Below are positions 59,301 to 64,000 of a DNA stretch of 64,000 nucleotides, piece by piece. The position numbers and the translations under genes are program-made. The notes below the pieces were generated by a model, which saw only the letters and a program-made list of their open reading frames with translations, was not told the DNA's origin and ran no database searches. Position 1 is the first letter of the stretch. Each line of letters starts with the position of its first letter. The stretch covers positions 1,798,001-1,862,000 of the forward strand of contig JAQGDQ010000003.1 in NCBI GenBank assembly GCA_030141605.1, read 5' to 3'. The DNA comes from Tubiluchus corallicola. Taxonomy: Eukaryota; Animalia; Priapulida.

Positions 59301-62300
59301 CAAACAATTGAAACAAACAATAATAAACCACAAAATTTCTTGTATTAGACGTGTAGCCTAGCCCTACACACGCCCGAGACTCAGATAACGCAAAAATTAC
59401 AAACCACAAACTAGCTGCAATAGAGGCTATTAGCGTGGCTTCACATTTGTATGAGAAATGACCAAAAGCTGCATAAAATGGCTTTAGTACAAATCCAGCT
59501 ACAGATTCGGAGAAATGTAATATTCAGAAAAATGATCAGCAATATTACCACTAGGTCCCAGACAGCTTAGAACACGCGTAGGCAGAATGAGAAAACTGGC
59601 AATTTTATCGACCTTATCAGCAACATGGGATAAATTAGTTTGACATCCGACTGCAGAATTTCATTAGGAACTGACTTCAGAATTTCGGGAGGTCAGTAAA
59701 TGCTTGACGCAGAGACAGTGTTTCATATGTTTGGGTAAATAAACATGCGTAATAGGGCAGCCCGGCCGGGTTACACTAACATGTGTAGCCGTAGTCAGGT
59801 CACGAACAGTAAAACAAACTGCACTATGCTCTTCATTGAGCAAATATTATTGAAGCAGCTATGTACGTGCCACTGGGCTTCTCATTTGATTAAATTAGAA
59901 AGAAGTGTGTAGGTCGTTGATTACACGGGGTAGTGGGCACTGGCTGTCATATGTTTGCAAGGCAAGAAGCGCTTGAGTATTCAAATATTAAAACCGGCAT
60001 TTTTCAAACCCTGCTTGGGGTATTTATGAGAAAACGGGTAACGGTGGAACGTAAACTGACGAAGACGATTTAATGTTAGCTTATTATTGATATAGACAAT
60101 GGCAATCGTCATATTAGCTTCAGTTAGTCCAAAAACAGCAAACAGCAATGTTACGCCCACTCAACTCCCGGACTGCATGAGTTTTATACAAAGCAATTTA
60201 ATTTTTAAATAAAAGTCAAGATAAAGTAACTCTTTGAAATAAAATTCTTTAATCTATTTATACCCGCTGAACTACTGCGTCCATTTACAAAACCATTTGC
60301 TACTGTTCACTTAAAAATGTCTGATCAGACTTGCTAATTGTTATGTATAAGTTAATTTACTCCATTTTTGCGAGAGAAGAAGAAAGAAAAGACCATTAAA
60401 AAAATCAGAGCACACTTGTGGGGAAAACCTTTGTATTATTCCAAGTGCTGCATGCATCCTACAGTAACCATGCAGCTCTAATAACTCGATTTTATATGGC
60501 ATCGGTTAAGGGCTGACAAGAGCCCGCACAAATCTGATTGACAGGAGACAAATTTGATTATTCTTCTGCAAGAATGCATTCGATCTTACTAGTAACTAGG
60601 TTGACGGACACAAATTAACTGGATACGCTTGGTACGATTAGAACGATCTGTGTATATGGCGTAAAAACGTGCAGAAGTTTTGGTCACGATATTGTAGGAA
60701 GAAAATACAAAATCGGTTAAAAATTATCACACTGATGTAGTTCTCTTAGATTATTTCAAAGCTACAGAAGACTTAAAACAACAAGTAAAAAAATAAGTAC
60801 CGGAAAACAATTTGTGTCACTATTATTACAATAGACAGCAAGTGCTCTATGTGTCCACCATTTTCACTGCAAATTAGACGAAGGCGTTTCTTCCAACAGC
60901 TGACACGGTTTCTTAGTTCTCTAATGGTGTACGGTCCCAGCGCTCATCAATTTTTGCCTTAAATTAAGTTTCTTCATATCAAACGTTTTCTCTAGGAATT
61001 CAAGATACCATATTCACAGAGTTCAGTTCTATTTTTTTCTTGATAAAAAACCTTTATCTGTACTTTCTGTATTAAATATCGCGATATAAGCAAGTTGATG
61101 TCATTATTGTTATGCTGCCATGTTAATGAGTGTATTAAACACACCGACGAGGCTAAGTTTCAATTGACTATTAGCTGACATTGTTCCGGCATTTAAATTT
61201 ATAACATGCAAAAGTTTTTCATCCGTAACTAAAAAACTACTAAAGCTGTAAACTTCACAGAGCACTTGGATGCTTCTAATGTTATTGTGTCTAAACTTCG
61301 GCACATTTTTTCTGCGCCATCCGGTATATTAGTGTTTACGGAGTCAGAACCTGAAAAGTCAGTCCGAATATGACAGACTGCATGGGAAATCATAATATTT
61401 GTGAAACGGTTTCGTGTGCAATTTCAAATTTTTAAAATCGAATCAGAACAGATATTTTTGTTTTAAGATTTAGACATGTATACGCGGTAAATGTAATCAA
61501 TGTGTATACGGTTAATTATCATTATCAAGTTAATTGATATTGTAAACTGCTGGTATGAAATAGAATTCAGAACTTCACTTCCAAGTTCAGTCCCCAAAGC
61601 CTTCGACGTTCACCTTGAAGCGAACTGGTTAAAATAGTCTCTTTTTATTACTAGCGTGAAATTTTAAAATAAGCACCAAGTACAAACGCATAGGCGGTGC
61701 AGACATATGTTTAAAACTTGAAAAAATGAATAATCGCAAAGGTCTATGTTGAAACCAACAAACCTGAGCACCTTGTCACTTAATTTAGTGGCTTATTATT
61801 AACCAGCGTTTATTACCTTGTGTACAGGTGCTACAACACAATCATCCTCGTCAATCTTTGGAGCAGACGAAGAGTGTTTTTTAACGGGGCACAACATGCC
61901 ACCCCCTTCGGGCTTTCCGTATGTGGCTTCTTCCACCTACAAAAAACAAAATGAGTCACGTGACAGTAATAATTTCGCATCGATTTATTGTTTTAAGATT
62001 GGAATCACACTCTAACATGATTGTGTCACCATAATTGTATCCAATTCATCATTAGCACGGGTGAAATAATAATCATATCTGAATGCTTTGTGCATGACTG
62101 GCGTGCTACAAACATTGACCCTGCACCTTTAACAATATAAAGTAATTGACTCATCTTTAATTTTAAAGTATATTCGATTCTACATACCTATCTTTTTGCT
62201 GAACAAATGGTACCAATGCTTATATGCCGCATTGCAGTACAATGAACCTCGAAAATGAGCAATTGCTAAATAATCCAAAAACCAGGTTATTTTTTATATG

Positions 62301-62790
62301 TGTGGCACTTAGGCCCAGGTCAAAAAACCAGTGATGATGAAAAGAAGAACACCGGTACAAAGAATATAATTCACCTAACAGGCAGTTATTACAAAACGGT
62401 GGATCAGCCCAAAACGGTAACTACAGTATGAATAGAATAAAACAAATGCCAATATTATAATGACATGAAAGCCACAATTTTCTTGCCCCTGTTGGCATCA
62501 CATTGGCATCAATATCAATAATGGACCTTTACAATTAGCCTTAACCTGGTCAAGATGATAAGAACATGCTATCAGTTTATACCTAAACTGAGTTAACAAA
62601 ATTTTTCAGTAATAAGAACTACACGCTGACAACAAATCATGAAATCAGTAAAATGACTATATAGAGCCATTTTTGCACTAGAAGTACGTAAGTTATACCT
62701 GTATAGTTGTCCCTTGTGGGCATCGTATAAGCATTGTATCATCATCACAAGTCTCTTCTTTGAAAACGAACAACGACGTTCCTAGTAATC
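44355..62790 (-). CDS. EVA1C: EVA1C/eva-1-like receptor (two SUEL galactose-binding lectin domains plus transmembrane helix); first exon(s) not found, probably beyond the window
   Basis: Exons 62790-62699 (EETCDDDTMLIRCPQGTTIQ), 61936-61817 (VEEATYGK), 50787-50664 (LCQDKQTC..NPCPGTTKHLSVSHKCKP), 50112-49963 (IACEGGQAELNC..ASFG), 47195-47052 (CHGRKQC..DTCP..RYLTIVYSC), 46674-46525, 45491-45315, 44656-44355 (NKDKFLLYFLLSIAVGVVLLL TM). Confidence 0.88.
44712..44872. repeat. 84-bp tandem duplication (2 copies)
   Basis: TCTTGCAAACTTCTTT..CTCAGAACATAT at 44712 and 44796. Confidence 0.85.
47367..47790 (+). mobile_element. Internally deleted pogo-family DNA transposon
   Basis: Perfect 29-bp TIR CCGTATTTTCCCATGTATAAGAGACCCTT with TA duplication. 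It retains the transposase C-terminus WVLKAWNGV..IIKSFKKCGISNAMDGTED. Confidence 0.9.
51187..51460. repeat. Diverged 61-bp minisatellite, ~4.5 units
   Basis: Units begin at 51187, 51248, 51309, 51370 and 51431 (consensus-like CACGGTCAATATGGTCAAGAGG..GGTCCC..AGTTC). Confidence 0.75.
54765..54820. repeat. (TGAC)n microsatellite
   Basis: ACTGACTGACTGACTGAC run, with a shorter copy near 56267-56295. Confidence 0.75.
56487..56578. repeat. (GACAA)n microsatellite
   Basis: GACAAGACAAGACAA and GGCAA variants. Confidence 0.75.
58135..58243. repeat. 49-bp tandem duplication
   Basis: ACAAGCCAAGATGTTAG..CCATCATTAG at 58135 and 58184. Confidence 0.85.
58741..58776 (-). CDS. Candidate 36-nt cassette exon of eva-1 (GLQNFADLVIYQ)
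   Basis: tttgtgcag|GGG CTG CAG AAC TTT GCT GAT CTT GTT ATC TAT CAG|gtagga, phase 0-0 like the host intron. Confidence 0.45.
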
Positions 62791-64000
62791 CTGAAAAAAT
62801 AATCAGAAATTAATTTAAATTATGATACCTATGTTAGATTAAAATTAAAATAATGTTTAGATTAGATAAAATGTTCGGTTTATACAGTGCGCAAGCAAAT
62901 ATCAGGAGTGTTGGCAGGAGCATCTTTTGTGGTTTTTCCAGACGGCTATTATACAGCATACTTCACTATTCAATCCCATACAGCTGTAGTGCAACTATGC
63001 CGAATGATGTGAGTTTCGTTATTAGTTAATAATTCAATTTAATACTTTTTCCTCTAAATTTTACTAAATTCTCGAAACGTCTTTTTCACATGAAAACAAA
63101 AACCACCTAATCCATTTCACGCTTTGAGTGTAGATGCGAAACTTTGGTCATCTACATTCTAAATTAAATAGACTAATGCAGCATGAACACGGTTGACTCC
63201 GCTAATCACAAATCCGATTAGCAATTAGGAGCTATTAACTGCCATTAATATGCAGTAGTAAACCGTGTGCAGTGTGGTTTCCCTCAAGCTATCTCTAAAC
63301 TTGGCGCCAACACTGCGGCTTCTTTTGTAAAGAGAAACCTTTGTCATTTTAATTATAGGGAATTTTATATAATTATATTCGTGCCTCATAATCACGCACG
63401 CTACGCAATTAATGTTTCGTTCGAATCTACAAAGAAAAAGTTTCCTTTTTAACTCAGTTATAAAAGGGCGAGCGAAGTATATAGCTGAGTGGCCAAGTAG
63501 TAAGAAAGTTAAGCAAAGCCGCGTCTGGGTAGTAAATAGAAGGGCTCCATCAGGAAAGCCGATTTCATGTGCCACACTGCCACCGAGTATTTTTCTCATT
63601 GAAAAAGGATGAATACATCCGAGCATGGTTCAGACACTACTGTCAGTTCAGTATGCCATCACTGAAGAAAATTTATCTTCGTAAACGAGAAAAGCTTCAG
63701 TCTTGTCACAATCATTAATTGGTAAGTGAGGTGCAGTATTAGGGCTTGCAGTGCCTTATTACAACAATTCCTGCGTCATGTTTGTTCCGTACCATTACAA
63801 ATCAGTAGTTAGACAAAATATCTACAAAACAATACTTGGACTTACAAAACAATAAACATTACACAGCAAATGAATAAAACTGGTAAATCTTTCAAAAATT
63901 AATTTCCATTTGTCGGTACATGTCAATGTGCTTTCAAGTAAATGGAAGAAACATGATCTGTCAAATTTTTATTACAACCAGGCGAAGCCGCATAGTATGT

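Overview
AT-rich, intron-rich eukaryotic (invertebrate metazoan) genomic DNA, not prokaryotic, so most ORFs in the track are noise. By following GT-AG splice sites and reading frames I reconstruct five genes. These are a PIAS SUMO E3 ligase (minus, 755-17192), NDUFS7 (plus, 17526-22250, head-to-head with PIAS), OSTF1 (minus, 25000-30243), a ~12-finger C2H2 zinc-finger gene (plus, 37693-42619) and a 5'-truncated EVA1C/eva-1-like lectin receptor (minus, 44355 to beyond 62790). Introns and intergenic DNA hold MITEs, decayed CR1-type LINE fragments and tandem repeats. The main discovery candidate is at the PIAS stop. The canonical C-terminus (...DCISLD) ends in UGA-CUAG, the classic readthrough context. 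It is followed by a stem-loop and 193 further in-frame sense codons carrying a SUMO acceptor consensus (VKTE) and four repeated LxxAL motifs, suggesting programmed stop-codon readthrough. Other observations are a frame-setting 14-nt PIAS microexon, a candidate 36-nt cassette exon in eva-1, and an assembly artefact in OSTF1 (a 57-nt tract equal to a neighbouring sequence with every G and T removed).
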